Shown: in pieces, positions 1-16,269 of the stretch
How positions within the stretch are numbered: the first letter of the stretch is position 1
How the letters are laid out: each line of letters opens with the position of its first letter
Source of the DNA: the human T2T-CHM13v2.0 reference genome, Homo sapiens
Assembly: GCF_009914755.1 (NCBI RefSeq)
Contig: NC_060927.1
DNA: 64,000 nucleotides
Reading direction: 5' to 3' (one strand)
Translations under genes and position numbers: made by a program
Notes under the pieces: model-generated
The model's database searches: none
The model's input: only the letters and a program-made list of their open reading frames with translations
Told to the model about the DNA's origin: nothing

Positions 1-2373
1 GTATCTAGAAGCATGGCCAGGTGCATTCACTGCACTGTAAGAGGGAGACATGGGGGGAGTAGTCAGGAAGCATGTAGGTGGGAAGGGTTTCCTGTTTCCA
101 GGCAACAGCAAGGAGCTACAGACGGAAAGCAACTTGAATATAAATTCATTCAAGAAAGGACATTTTACCACCTTGCCTTCTAAGCAGTGAGGACGCGGAC
201 TTGACTGAAAGAGTGAGGTTGAAGCTTCATTTGTCAGTGGGTAAAGTTATTAGAAACCTATTTCTCATTAGGTTTTGTATGTATGAAAAATATCACATAC
301 TAGTGGCCAGGTTAGCATTTTTAAATATTTGAAAAATAGTAGCATCTACGCTTGCCTTCCTTCCAATTTTCCAGAAACATGGGTTTTTTTATGGCTTCAT
401 TTTCCTGTCTTTCTGCCTAAAGAGCAGAGGGGCTCGTGGCCCTGAAACAGGCTCCTTCCCTGCCTGACTCCATCTGCAGGAAGGAGAAGCACAGCACACT
501 CAGCTCAAAGGGAGGTGCCTCCTCCCTTGAAGAAGCCCATCCAGAGGTTCACAGGGAGCAGATGAGAGAAGAGTTCTTCCTGCTCCCTGGGCCAAGGGGA
601 ATGTGGACCTGTCCCCTGCTTGTGACATTTTCCCCAACCTGTCAAATGCAAGAGTAGCAAATTTGGAAGAGTAGAAGAAGGCAGTTGCAGGCGGCAGCTA
701 CCTGATTGGGGTGAGTTATTCTTGAGGCATTTGAGATATTGAGTTGATGATTTAAATATTGGCCCACTAAAGATTTTATAAGTAATGTAGTCATTCCTTG
801 GGCCCTGAGGGACCCTCTTGTTCTATATTCCAGCTCTTTCGTAATGAGAGGGATTACCCATACTCAGAAGAGATGCATGTCTCAAACGCCTGCATTATTT
901 TTTCTCACTTTCACATTGTGTTTCCTCTAGTTGTTGAGGTGAGCTCCTTTTAAGATAGGCTTTATTGTTTTATTATACTGCTTATATTTAGGAGTTTTTC
1001 TTCAAAATCTATGTCAGAAGATAGGTCTCGTAAAGGGCGAGTAAGCACTTGGGCGAATCATGCACTGGAATTTATCTTTTGATTAAGTTTGAGAGTGTGC
1101 CTGGAACAGTTGGGTCTTTCATCTCTCAGTCTGGAGCCTCCTTTAGTAACTTGTCCTGAGACTATAGGCAACCCACTAGCTAGTTATAGGGCCACCAAAA
1201 GAGCTGCCCAGACACTTAAGCAAACACACAGGGTCCAAGCTTCATACTGGATCCCTTCTTGCCATGTATTCGGGGATGAATCACTGCTTGAAGGGTCTAA
1301 TCTGTCTCCTTATTGTCCTGTCTGGAAGGGTCACATTATTTGAGTGTAACTCCTGAGAGCCTGGCGGGTCTTTTCACACAGATGTTGATGGATGCTTTGC
1401 AGTCCCTCCCATCCCAGCAGATTTCTTTGTGCCTCTTTTTACATAGGCACTTAACCTATGTTGAGGGAGCCTCTTTTATTACCAGAAAGAAGACGTTAAA
1501 GGAGTTTAATCCTCACTGTTGGTAATAGTTTGTTCTTCCCCAGTTTGCATACTCGGGTTTTAGTTGGATATCGAGCTGCCTCTTTTTTACCATATCGGTC
1601 TTCATTCTATTATTTGTGTTCTTAAATGTCTTGTGGGAACATTAGAAAGGTACCTATGATGGTTGAATATCTTTAGTTTTACTATCATTTTCTATAGAAT
1701 TTTAAAATCTAGTTTTAAGAACACAAGTTGGCAAGCTCTGGAGTATTTTTTGTTAATTATATAAATTATATATTTATGGCGGTGGATTTTTTTTCCCTAC
1801 GTAACTTTGGATTGTACTTGAGAAGCTCATTGCAAATCAGCACAGCAGATTTTAAAAAGCCAATAATCTTTTATGTAAAATTTGACTTACTTATGGCATT
1901 ATATATGCAGTTAATTGGGTCTAGTTCATTTTAATCACTTGACATCAGTTATAGAGTCCAATTTCAGACATAGGAAATTATGAAACATTAATGTAATACA
2001 AAATAGGCTCTTTATCATGCTTTTTTCATGAAAAAATAGTTTCACTTACTAGGAGTTTATGTTGGCTATTTGATTTTTAATCTTGTTTCTCTTGTGTGAG
2101 CTTTTGGACAGAATATGAATTTTAAATCCACAGGTTTTTTTTGTTGTGATTTTTAAAAATTATTTTCACTATCCTCCAACATTGTTATTCAGTATTATTA
2201 TACAAGCACATTCATGTGATAATATATACTAACAATTTGTTTTATTTTACTGAAGATTCCAAAACAAAATTTCTATTAGTAAAGAACATTGTCTTTTGAT
2301 GTAATTATAGTAAATTTTAGTTTAATCTTAATATTTAAATATTTACCAAAATATATGACTCATATGTAGGTAA

Positions 2374-2718
<345 letters not shown>

Positions 2719-5254
2719 ACAGTCAATATTTTTAATAAGAGATAATAAACTTCATGATTTTAGTCAGTCTTCTGTAACTATGCAAACAAATGTTAAAATA
2801 TGGAAGACCTAAAATCTACCTAATATCTGGTCTGAGTGTAATCTTTAAATTGTTATTCATAAATGAATTCTTGAATGAGTTTTGCTTAAAGACAATCTTG
2901 TATTTAACTAGGAGCAAATTTAAACCAAGCTTTTAATTTTTCATATCCAAGCTGATGATTTTGCCTTAAAATGTCTTTGATCATATTTTTACTTACTAAA
3001 CATCTGTAAAATAGTTACATTCATTATTATACACTTATATATATATTATTATTACACACTTGTTGGCAGTGTAGGGTGGATAAAAGAGAAATTTAAGACG
3101 TTTTCCCTGTGTCCTAGGAAGGAAATGGCCTTTTCCCATCTCCTTTGAATCTCTTTTGGTTATGCAGGCCAGTCTCTTTTATGATTCTTAAACTTGGAAA
3201 TTCCCCTTCTGTGATCTTTCATTTGTGTCATGTTCCTACCAGGTTTGAAGTGAAGAGACTATATTTTCTTCTAGGGGCTTAGCAGTACTTTGCATATACT
3301 AGATAGCTAAAAATTGTGGAATTAAGCATAGATTTTTAAAAACTAGCTTTGATAATATAAGTATATGCCAAATTATAATTAGTGGTTTGGTAACTGGTCT
3401 TCTGTGCTGTGGGCATCAGCTGATTTATTCAGTTTTTATACACTGCTTCATACTCCGTCGTTAGTGTCCTTGAATTGGCTGTTTCTTTTACTTTGCAACC
3501 AGGAACTTAAGAATTTGAGTTACACATGAAGAATTTATTTATCAACAGCAGGGCAGAATTTATAGAATTTGTTAAATCTCATTCTTTATCATGTACTATG
3601 TCCTCTAGGGAATAGTTGGCTGATATTTTTAGAAAAGAATTATGTTATTATCATTACCATTAGAATGCTTTTTTTAAAATTAGAATCTAGATTACCTTTA
3701 TCAATTTGTACACAGTATTATTACATCTGTAGTGGCATATTTGTAAAATATTTACTTTAGTATATAATGTGTATATATATGAGCCAAGGTATTTTTTAGA
3801 AAGATTCTTTAACGTTTTATTTTTAATGTTTTCCCCCAAAACTTTAGGCAGAAGCAGTTATTTCTTCTTAGCTTGCTAGGGCATCCAATTTTCATCAAAT
3901 TTTCGCCAAACCTTCTTTTTAAAAAAAAATCACATTTACCTAGTAGAGGTATTGTTAAAGTACTTTCTATAGGTAGCAAATATTAAGCAAAATAATATTA
4001 TATTTTTTGAAAATATTTGGAAAAATTTCTGCAGTTTTTACCTTAAACATTTTTAGCACGCATATGGCATATGTGGAAGCTTTTTTTTTTTAAACACATT
4101 TTTGTTTTAAGTCTCATTGGAGTTTTATCTCAGTATCCATACAATATTTACAAAACTAATATTTTTTAATAACTGATTTTTTGACAAAAAGATGGAAGTT
4201 ATATCTTTATGGTTGAAGGATCGTCCTAGTCTGTCAGTTGTCATCTTTGAAAACCAATAGCCACCCAAAGCCAAACTATTGATACTAATTTTAAGACAGT
4301 TCCCAGGGACAAATTTCAACAAAGGAGGGTACGTTCTCCCTGTTTTTATAGTTTGCTTGTTCGTTTTTAATCATAAGTGGAGAACAGTTCTTTCCTTATT
4401 GTCATACTAATATTATCCTACCTTAAATCTGTTGGCATATAAGAAAAGTAGTACTTCCTGTGTTAATGTTGTATTGATGGGAATATAATGTAGTGGTAAG
4501 TTAGTATGCTTATGAGTTTAAGTTCCAGAACATTTAGTTTTAAAATTTTTTAATGTAACGGTTAGATTTAAACTTTTCAATAATGATCTGTTTTTCTGCT
4601 TTGCTAAATAGAATTTAACAAACATAATTTTACTTTTTTTGATAACTCAAAATCATCTTTGTTGTTGTTAGGACTAATAGAAAGGTGTAGGTATGTGCTG
4701 TGCAGTGTATTGTGCTCTTTGCTTTGCTATAAAAGTTCTACAATGCTGTTCCTTGGAGAATGACCTGTGTTTTAATACTTTTTTATATTCTCTTTTTCAT
4801 GTCATTAGACGCAAGGCTGTTAGCCTCATTACATAATTTGCTACTAGATAATAAAGCAACTATGAAGTATTGCAACTATAATCAAAATAAAAATCAACAT
4901 ATGAAGTTTAAAGAACTGCTTTAAGTATATGGGACTTGTCGGATATCAGTAAAAACAAGTTTTGGCTATACAGAGGACCTTCAGTGTTTTTTTAAGGCTT
5001 ATACTGTTTTGTATTTTGAGTAGTTAAGAGTCTTATAGTGAGCTTTCTGATTAAACTCTTTAACTTTCAAAAGGATTGGAAAGGAACTTGCAGATCAGCT
5101 GCTCAACTGCTTATATTATAAGTGAGGAAACAGAACATGAATGATTTGCCTGTTTATTACCAGTGGCACAAGATAAAAGATTTTGGAGTAATCGATACCT
5201 TATTTATCATTTTAGGAACAAACTGAGTGACTGAGTAGTTTTTTTTGCATCTCA

Positions 5255-5495
5255 TTTTTTATTGATATATCATAGTTGTACATACTTTGGAGTTGTATGT
5301 GATATTTTGATACATGTATATAGTATGTAATGATCAAATCGGGATAATTGGAATATTTATCACCTTGAACATTTATCTTTTCTTCTCCTCTAACCATTTT
5401 GAAGTATACAATAAATTATTAACTATAATTTCTCTGATGTATTATCCAGTATTAGAAAGTATTCCTCTACCTATTTTTGTACTCATTAACCAACT
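5255..5495 (-). mobile_element. L1MA-type 3' end fragment
   Basis: ttttattgatatat...gtatgtaatgatcaaatcggg resembles the antisense L1MA 3' terminus. Confidence 0.8.
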
Positions 5496-5656
5496 TCAGG
5501 CTTAAGAAATGTTTATTCCACTGTGTTTATGGCTTTCTTCATTATAGCCTGGTTTCTGATGAGCCTGAGCAGATTAATGATTCTGCAAAATAGTCCTCAG
5601 TTTTAATTTCTGGAACTATTTTTTATAGGATTATTTTGTTATTTTAATCTTCAAGA

Positions 5657-5995
5657 TAAATTATACTTTATATATATTATATATAAAGTATAAAGTATAA
5701 ATTATACTTTATATATAATATATATATTATATATATTATTATATTATATATATTATATATATTATTATATTATTATATATTATTATATTATTATATATAT
5801 TATACATATTATTATATATATTAATTATATATATTATATATATTATATATATCATATATTATATATATTATATATAATATATAATATATATATTATTATA
5901 TATATTATATATAATATATGATATATATATTATTATATATATTATATATAATATGTATAAAGTATAAAGTATAAATTATACTTTATATATAATAT
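5657..5995. repeat. (TA)n-rich low-complexity tract with palindromes and a 40-bp direct repeat
   Basis: About 340 bp almost purely A/T; tataaagtataaagtataaattatactttatatataatat occurs at 5682-5721 and 5956-5995. Confidence 0.95.
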
Positions 5996-6289
5996 CTCTA
6001 ATTTATTAGTTCTTCTGAACTTAGTTCAACTAACTTTGCAGTTGGTTTGTTTTTAACACCTGAATCAAATTGAAACAATACTATTTTTTCTTTAGTTTTG
6101 CACACATTTTAGAATTAAAAATAGTAGTTGTCAATTTAGTTTGTGAAATTTGTCCATTCAAATCTTCATGTCTGGAAAACTATATGGTGGGCACCGGGGA
6201 TGATAGCCCCTAACGTTACACTGTAATGATGGTAATTATTACCAAATAATTAATAATGTCATTATTTTAATTCAGATTGTCATAAATGC

Positions 6290-7085
<796 letters not shown>

Positions 7086-8462
7086 GTGAAATTGACAGTA
7101 GTCTGGTTATTTATGCTAAAATAAATGAGACGTATCTTCATACCCAAGTAGAAAAAAATAACTTTGGAAGCTAATGAAGGCTTAGCTTCTTGAATGGTCT
7201 GTACTATATATGAAAGCAAGAACAATTAAAAAGTCTTTAAATTGTTCAATTTTCTATAATTCCAATGCTCCTAAGAAGCTCCCCTCCCCGCTGCCATTAT
7301 GGGGCTCTTACCTAACTCAATATACCAAAAATACTATCCTATTTCTTTATCTGTGGTTCTTTGTTTATCTTTTTTGGAAAATGTTTTATCAAAATTTATA
7401 ATTTCTAATGATGCTGTATTGGCATAACCACTTGAAAAAATAAGAGAAATAGTCCTAGAATAGGAAACTTGTGATATATATGACTCTCTGGAGAACTAAA
7501 GTAAAAATTAAACTAAAAAGTGAACTTATTTTAATTATGTTATTAAAAACACAGTAGGCGGATGTAAGAAAACAAGCTATTTGGTTATATTTATTTCAGA
7601 AAAAAGGTCAGTGACCCATTAACTAAGAGGTTTCACAAACTTCAGTTTTCACTTGGCTATTACTCTTGGTTAGGGTCACATTATAATTTTTGGATATTTT
7701 TGTGAAAGAACGATACAAAATTGAGTTTTAAATATGTTTTCTGATGTTCTTTCATATAACTGTATTGTTAAATATTTTCATTTAATGTTTAGTATTCTCA
7801 TTTTAAGAAAACCCAATGCAAAATCTGAAGTTAATAAAAAAAATAGACGGTGATTATTTGGCTAAGATAATTCACCCACATCATTCTCTTAACAGTAATC
7901 TGATATTCTAAAGAGGTTATTTATATATTATTAACTAACTTGTATACCAGAGAACTGTGGCTGAGTGCAGAGAAATTTAAAATTAAGAAATTTAAGACTT
8001 TTGAATATTAATCAAGAATGAACTTGTATGCAGTTTGTTGTACATACGTATTCTGGTACTACAACTATATATTCATTTCTTGAGAGATATTCGTAATTGT
8101 TTTTTTTAGATCTGGATTTCTGAAACTTGAGTCAAGTAATGGACATATCAGGGGTCACCTAGTTTTTAATGTGAATTAAACAATTTTAATGTTTCATTTA
8201 GATGATAAATATAAAAGAAATAATGTCTTCTTGGTTGCCTAATTTGATTATAACTGAGCATTCCTATTGGATTCTCATCATAAAGTTTGCATTTGTGTTT
8301 ATGAGGCCATGAAATATACCTAAAATGAATGCTTAACTGTTAAGACTGTTTTCCTTAGGCTGGTTCACAGAGTTGTCTGTGGATTTATTTTCGTTACCAA
8401 GGCTAAGCAAGTTTGAGAAATAGTGTCCTTGATAATGGTCTGTAATTATTGTGATGTTGTAA

Positions 8463-8847
<385 letters not shown>

Positions 8848-8887
8848 TGAATGTTTTTTAAAAATTAAGCTAATATTTTAAAAGAAC

Positions 8888-9088
8888 ATCTCTACTAAAC
8901 ATACAAAAAAATTAGCTGTTGTGGTGGTTCATGCCAGCAATCCCAGCTACTTTGCAGCTACTTTGGTAGCTGAGGCAGAAGAATCACTTGAACCTGGGAG
9001 GCAGAGGTTGCAGTGAGCCCAGATCATACCACAGCACTCTAGCCTGGTTGACTGAGAGACCCTGTCTCCAAAAAAAAAAAAAAAAAAA
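8888..9088 (+). mobile_element. 5'-truncated Alu (linker, right monomer, poly-A)
   Basis: ctctactaaa...gaggttgcagtgagc...poly-A; internal cagctactttg duplication. Confidence 0.93.
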
Positions 9089-9294
9089 GGAGTGAAATTA
9101 CTTTTGGTAAGCTTTTGAGAATTTAGTTACATATTGGAATGATTTGGATCTTCTTGTAATTTTAAATAATCTACTCTAGAAATTGCTGTTCTCACAATTC
9201 CTAAAGAATTAGTTGGGAATATGTTACAAAGTTTTTCCATTTGCTGGCTACTGTTAGTTATTAAATTTTGGGTTTCTGTCCTAAAGCAGATCCT

Positions 9295-9490
9295 GTCTGG
9301 GGGAGATGCTTAGAGGAGCCAGGCAGGAAGCATGAATATGTGAGTGGGGCCTTGAGTAATACCACAGCAAATAGTCGGGATCGTGACTTAACAGGAGATG
9401 CGGGCCCCAACTGAAATCATTCGAATTCATTTTCACCTTCACTGGGTACGCTAGACCAACACAGATTTGCAGGCTCGAGGCTCTTTTAGG
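9295..9490. mobile_element. hAT-Charlie MITE (MER102/MER117-like)
   Basis: gccaggcagg...gtgagtggggcc...attcgaattca resembles this family's consensus as I recall it. Confidence 0.45.
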
Positions 9491-9544
9491 AGTTAACAGT
9501 CTGGTTGAGGGAGGTAAAACATACAGATGAAATGGTTTATCTAC

Positions 9545-10200
9545 AATCCACCCATTTATTCATTCATCCATCCATCCTCTCATTTATACATGCATTCATT
9601 TACTCATCACTGAAGTACCTATTATGTGCCAAGCTTTAGACATAACATGGAATCCCTACCTTTAGTAATTCACAGTTTTACAGCAAGTTGGCAGAAAGCC
9701 AGCCAAAAACTAGTACAAGAGTCACGATTTTTAACAATACGTATCACTGACCAGAATTATCTTTGTATTTTTTTACCTGTTTGTTTTCTGTTCTTGTTAT
9801 TAGGGTAGAAGTCTTTTTTGTTTTATTATTCTCTTTTCTATCCTGGTGACTAGAGCAGTATCTGATACATAGTATGTGTTAAAAGAGTAATTATTAAATG
9901 ATTTGAATGACTGAAGGTTCTGCTTGGTCAGCTAAGGCTTTATGGAGGGGAGGTGTATGAGCCAGGTCTTAGATGATGGTTAGGCCTTGAGGAGGTAGAG
10001 AAAGGAAGAAGTGACTGACAGACACTTTGAGGGCTGTGTGAACAACATGATCACAAAGTAAGGGGGGGCCTGGAGCAGGGGGTGAGGAATAATGGAGTGA
10101 TGTGTGTAGGAGGATCAGTAAGGAAGCCAGCCTGGATTGAGTAGCCATTTCATGCTGGAGACAAGCCAGGAGCTAACGTGTTGGAATGAGATGCAGGTGG
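9545..10200. mobile_element. L2 fragments (3' ends in both orientations)
   Basis: attcattcat/tgaatga L2 tail motifs, gtgccaag, catagtatgtgt. Confidence 0.55.
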
Positions 10201-10249
10201 AAGGATGAGAGGGGTGTGGCACACATTGCACTCACAGAAGCAATTTGGT

Positions 10250-10380
10250 TGCTAGCATGAATTCTGGAATCACATATGTTAAGATTCAGATCCCAGTTTG
10301 CCACCTATAAACTGGGTGACTTTGTTTAAGCTGCTTAACTCCTGTGTGCCTGAATTTCCCATTTCCAGTTTAAAAATACA
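10250..10380 (+). mobile_element. MIR SINE
   Basis: MIR core: ttcagatcccagtttgccacct...gtgactttg...cttaactcctgtgtgcct. Confidence 0.75.
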
Positions 10381-11980
10381 TACTTTGGCCATTAAGATTC
10401 TGTTCATTGATGTTTTTAGTAACATGGGGAAATGCTTATGCTATTTTTCCTAAAACTGACATAAGTGAATAAAAAAGAATGGGGTAAAAATTGAACATAT
10501 AACATGTTTTAAAGGCAGTATGCCTCTTTATTTGCCAGGGTTATAAAGGAAAAAGACTGGGAATAAAAAATATCAATAGTGATGTGATTACAGGCAATAT
10601 TTATTTATTTTAATTTTAAAATTACGTATTTAGTCTACTAATCAACACCCATGAATATAAGAAATTAAATCTCCCAAGTTAGGTAAGAAATACCATAAAT
10701 GATGTCTCCAAAGACCATCTGTGTTGTCAAAATTAAGGGGGATATGTTACACCTACTTAGATTTCTGTCATTTAACCTGCCCCATGAACCTTCCATTTGA
10801 CCTTTTTTACACACCACATTAGAATCTTTGGGTATCATTTTATGCTGTTCTCCCATATTTTAACGTGAACTTGACTTTAGTGGAGGAAAAATTAAGGAAC
10901 TATTTCATTGTATTACTTGAGCTTGTTATTTACACTTAGTGAGTAAGTATCTTTTGAACATCTACTATTTGACCATCATCTTGAGTTCTTAGGAAGGTCA
11001 ATAAATAAGTGTATTTGGTTCTTTACCTCCGAAAGTTTATAAAAGAACTGAGAAAACAAAGCTAGTAGAAGAAAATGATTGGTAGACAGTTGAAGTCAAA
11101 GCAGTTTAATCCTAATTCTGAACTCTTTTTCTGTTTTCTGCCTTCTAGTCCAGTAGTCTTTCCCTTGCTTCCAGATTACCCTATTGATCAAGTTATTTGG
11201 TCCTCCAGATGGTTACTTGAAAATAAAAATACAGCAGAGAAATGACCACTGCTTTCAACTTAGCAGCACCGGTTTAAGTGATCACATGATTGTAGTTGGC
11301 ACTGTTTGAAGAAGTTCCACCAAAGGAAGCATGAAAGCCCAAGTCTTGACTTGGTTTTTGAGCAGTGCCACAGAGTTCTTTTTCAGTTTCAGAAGTGGAA
11401 TCAGACTCTTCATTGTCTCTGGGAAGATACCAAAGAAGGCAGTTAAACCTGACTATTACTCAAGCACAGAAATAACTCAGAATTTCTCCATGCCTGTTTT
11501 GAGTATTTTGGCCTTCTTAATCACAGAAAAGTCACACAGATGTATTTAGAGAAAGAGCAAGATCTAGCAAAACAAAATTTGTTTTAAAGTGTGATTTTCA
11601 CAGTTGGCTAGAGGTTTCATGCTCTATGAATTCTGATTAGTTCTTTATGCTTTTATTTTATTGCTTTCTATCATTTTGGGGTCTAATATGGTACTTTCAT
11701 TTTTTTTATAGGTCTTAAGTCTTTCATTTTTTTTTACCCCAAGAATATGTGACATCACATGTGTAACATACTTTTACAGTTTCAAATATGAACTATTTCC
11801 CTTAAAGTGAACTTTTATAAACATCTCTGAAAATATTTTTATAAATAATCATTTTGTGGGACCTTTGTCAGTAGGGTTGTACCAGCTTTTAGTATAAAGA
11901 TTTTATAAAATAATTACCTGTGTGCATTTATTAACATGGTTAAGCAGAAATTTATATGTATTTATGTATATAGGCATCTA

Positions 11981-12335
11981 TTTTTTTATTGATATGTAGT
12001 GACTGTACATATATGGGATATTTGTGATATTTTGATACATCCATACAGTGTGTAATGATCAGATCAGCGTAGTTGGGATATCACCTCAAACATGTATCAT
12101 TTTTGTGTGTAAAGAACATTGCAAATCTATGTATTTTGAAATACACAGTAAACTGTTGATAAGTATAGTCACCCTATTGTGCTTTCGAACCCTAGAAATT
12201 ATTCCTTCTAAAATGTATTTTTGTACCCGTTAATCAACCTGCCGATCCTTCTCAGTCTCTGGTATCTACTGTTCTACTCTCTACCTCCATAAGATCCTTG
12301 TTTAGCTCCCATGTATGAGTGAGAACTATACACAT
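11981..12335 (-). mobile_element. L1MA-type 3' end fragment
   Basis: tttttattgatatgtag...gtgtaatgatcagatcag...tttagctcccatgtatgagtgagaac. Confidence 0.85.
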
Positions 12336-13219
12336 CTATCTTACATTCGTTTTCTGAGTCTCCACTTCTCTTATTTTACCCATCCCTCTCTTATTTCTTT
12401 AAATTACTTTAAAGTTTGAGTACCATCAGAGCACCTCCTACCTACATTGATGGGGCCCTTTTATTTCAGTGAGTTGGGCTGCTTGTTCCTCTCTCTTACA
12501 TCTTGGAGCTTATTTACTTGATATTTACTCCATTTTCAACAGCTATAGCAGTGGGCTGTGCCCAGCACTTGGGTTGGGGACAGATAGTAGGAATTAAGCT
12601 GGTTTGGAGTATGGAGTTGGGGTTCCACTCAACAGTGGCAGCACAAGTTGCATGTGGTCCCAGTGGAAGTCAGTTTGCCTGCTGCAGTATTGCCGGAAAC
12701 TTAGTTACTGACCTTTCATGACCTTGCTTCCCTAACACAACTTGAAATACCTCCAGCTTCCAGGCATTACCCACCCTTGTGATTTGGCCAATTTTCTAAA
12801 GGTTAATGCCATTCTGGATAGATTTTTTTCCCCCCAGTCTTAAGTATAGTATAATAGATTAAGCAGAGAAACACATCATTCCTTTTCAAGGTTCATATCT
12901 CTTATTGGTGCTTTCAGTTCTAAAGAAGACCTTTTTAAGGATTTTTTTTTTAACTGTAATGCCCATCTGAAGAAAAAAGCAAACTTAGATAAGTTTTCCA
13001 ATAAGCTCCTTAACATTCTTCATTTTTCATAGGACAGTGAAGAAAGTTACAAAACTTACCTAAGAGTAAAATGGGTCAAAAGCATGGTTGGAGAATTCAG
13101 GGGAGGAGTGTAAGTCCATTAAAAGAAGCTTATAAAGACTTGGTTTAAGATCTATAAACAGTCAGTAAACTGCTAAAAGGGGTTAGAAAGGAAAGGGGGA
13201 GATATTTTATGTTGTGTTA

Positions 13220-13508
<289 letters not shown>

Positions 13509-13944
13509 GTAAATGTTACATCTACTAAACACTTTTAAAAGAAAGGTCCAAACCCCACACTGAAATATTTTATTGAGGCAGAGTATTATAGGTGATTGAA
13601 ATGTTCTTAGTACAATTTCATGGAAGTAAAGGGAAGATATTTGAAAGTATGTGGTGAGGAGATTCTGAAACTTTCCAGTGTCTTTATGCTGGTTAGCATT
13701 TGTAATCATTAAGGTGCAAAAAATGTTATTTTTGAATATTTTTGGCATTGTATATGTAATTTGTAGTTAGCTATGACTGTGGCTTCATATTAGAGATTAA
13801 CCCCATCAAGAAGTTAACAGTCTCCCAGTTTAGTATGACTTTCATATTTGAGAAAACTTGTAAGCTTGTCTGTTTACAAAATGTAATCTACTTACTGTTC
13901 CTATATTTTTCTTAATGTTTTGGGTTAAAAATGGTGTATTAAAC

Positions 13945-14109
13945 AGCTGGGTTTAGTGGTGCGCACGTGTGGTTCCAGCTACTCAGGCGGGAGGATTGAC
14001 ACTTGAGCCTGGGGTGTGAAGGTTGCAGTGAGCCGAGATTGCACCAGTGCACTCCAGTCTAGGTGATAGAGCGAGACCCTGTCTCAAAAAAAAAAAAAAA
14101 AAAAAAAAA
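13945..14109 (+). mobile_element. Alu right monomer (FRAM/truncated AluJ)
   Basis: Monomer plus poly-A; TSD ggtgtattaa at 13933-13942 and 14110-14119. Confidence 0.93.
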
Positions 14110-15244
14110 GGTGTATTAAGATGACTGTATGTTCTTTGTGAGATTACTGATTTTAAAAAAATCTTATAAAACTGATTTTTAATATAATAGCAGCCTTAGT
14201 ATTGAACAGAATGCTCAATCTTAAACGTCTATTGGAGTCCAGTAATACAAGGAAATTTTAGGGAAATGTGAAACATTTAAAAATAGATCTTTGCATAGAA
14301 CCTAAAGTTTAAATTTAAAATGTGTTTATTTATTGATATTGCTGTGTTTACCAGTATGTATGAGCTCATGTTTTATTGATAAAAGGGGCATGTGCAATTT
14401 TTAGGAATGCCGAGGTAACTTTTTCAAATTTTTCAAATAAGTATGTTTAGATTCATCAAATAGTAATTGAATTTGGGGAGTTTCAGGAATATTATAATAG
14501 GTGATCCTTGATCCTGAGCCTCCCACCTCCACACATGTCTTAAGGGCCAACAATTTCTGTTAAGTTGTACAGCTTATCTTATGGAAGAGTGGTTTTTTTA
14601 AGATCAAGGTCAAATGCTCGTTTAGCACTTTGTTTTTCAAAGATCTACTTGATCTTTCTATACAGAAGTAAAGAATTATGATTTTTTAAGGTTTTCAAAA
14701 TTGTCTCTAAGTATATATAATTTTAACTTTGTACTTCTAAAAAGCTAATTATCTGATCTTAAAGTCTTACTGGTGTTCTGCTAGATCTGTTAACACCCTC
14801 GTTGGGAGTTCAAGGATTGTCTGCATTTGGCCTGTGGCAGTTCTAATAACAGGAGTCAATTAATCAACCAATATAAAAGTGTTTATCTGACACTGACCTT
14901 GTGCTAGGCACTTTGCTAGATATTATGGGATAAACAAAGCCCTTTGAGGTAGTTAATAAATTTTAAGTGATCATGACCCTAAGGCGTATCTTCTGTTTGA
15001 AAACTGAACACTGGCTGTTTGTTCACCAAAATAGATACTGAAAGATCAACCCAAGGGAGGCTTCCTTTTTATTTTCCCAACCAAGTGCCATGCCAGAGTA
15101 ATCACTAATCCACTAAATCCTAATCAATTTTGGTGATCTGAGATTATTACTGCCTAAGGAGATAGGCTTCTAGAGTAAGTTCAGTGTCAATGGAAACCTT
15201 GAAGGATTCAGAAAACAGACTTGAAAACTTTCAAATAGTTTTTC

Positions 15245-15420
15245 TTCCAACATTTATTGAGTGCAACACAGCATACTAGGTGCTGGGGTTGTAAAGATGA
15301 ACAAGACATGGGTCTTCTATGGGATCGTAGAGGGTAATGGGGAAACCAGATCTATAGTCACAGATGGGAGTCATCTGCTCTCTAAGTGGCATATGCAGAG
15401 TATTTGGGAATACATAGGAT
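15245..15420 (-). mobile_element. L2 3' fragment
   Basis: caacatttattgagtgc...ctaggtgctgggg...atgaacaagacat. Confidence 0.7.
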
Positions 15421-16269
15421 GCAACCTAATTCCGCCCAAGGGAAATGGGCAAACTGTGATTTCTCTCAGTCCCTGTAAGTGGAAAAACAAAACAAAACGA
15501 AACAAACAAACAAAAAAAGTCCCCCCAAAAACCAAACAGGCTTTAGTTTTATACGGAAGCTGTAGAGGAAAATAATGTGGATTAAAAGCCCAAAACACAG
15601 TTATTCAAAGGAACCCAGAAATAACATTGCATGCACATATGATTTAAGATTTGCCAAAGAAATAGAATTGCAGTTCAGTAGTTGAGAGGGAGGTTTTGCT
15701 GGGCTCTGATATTTTCAGAGGCAAATGCTTTTCTTTGTGCTTGTATCAGGTCATCAATGAAGGGAGATTAAAATGATCACATTTTTCTCTTAGTGTCAGA
15801 TAGCAGTTATTTAGTAGACAAGGATTAGACTCCAAGTTGTATCACAGACCAGGTATTTGCTATTTTTCTTTTTAGTATTCTTTTAGGCATCTGATAAATT
15901 TTTTTATATGTAAGTTTGTCTTTCTTGGGCTGTTTCCCTTTCCTCCCCCTGTCTAGTAGCTGATATTTTTTCACGTTCACAGTTGCAGGCCTCCATTTAG
16001 TTCATCCATTCCGCTGCACATTATTCTCTTCCGGGGACCAGCTTCCTTGGTGACTTCTTCCCTTGAAGCCCTTATTCCTGTCAGTCTTACTTAGTCAAGT
16101 TTTTGTCTCTTTGTCTCATCACCACTGGGGTGCTTCATAGACCTAGCCGCCCCTCTAGCCTAACTGTAGACAAGGTTGGTGACGGCAGCGGAGATGACAA
16201 TGATGGTGTTGGTGGTGGGAATAAATGCAGTGCTATAATTATATCATTTCCAGAGAGATCGCATTTCTG

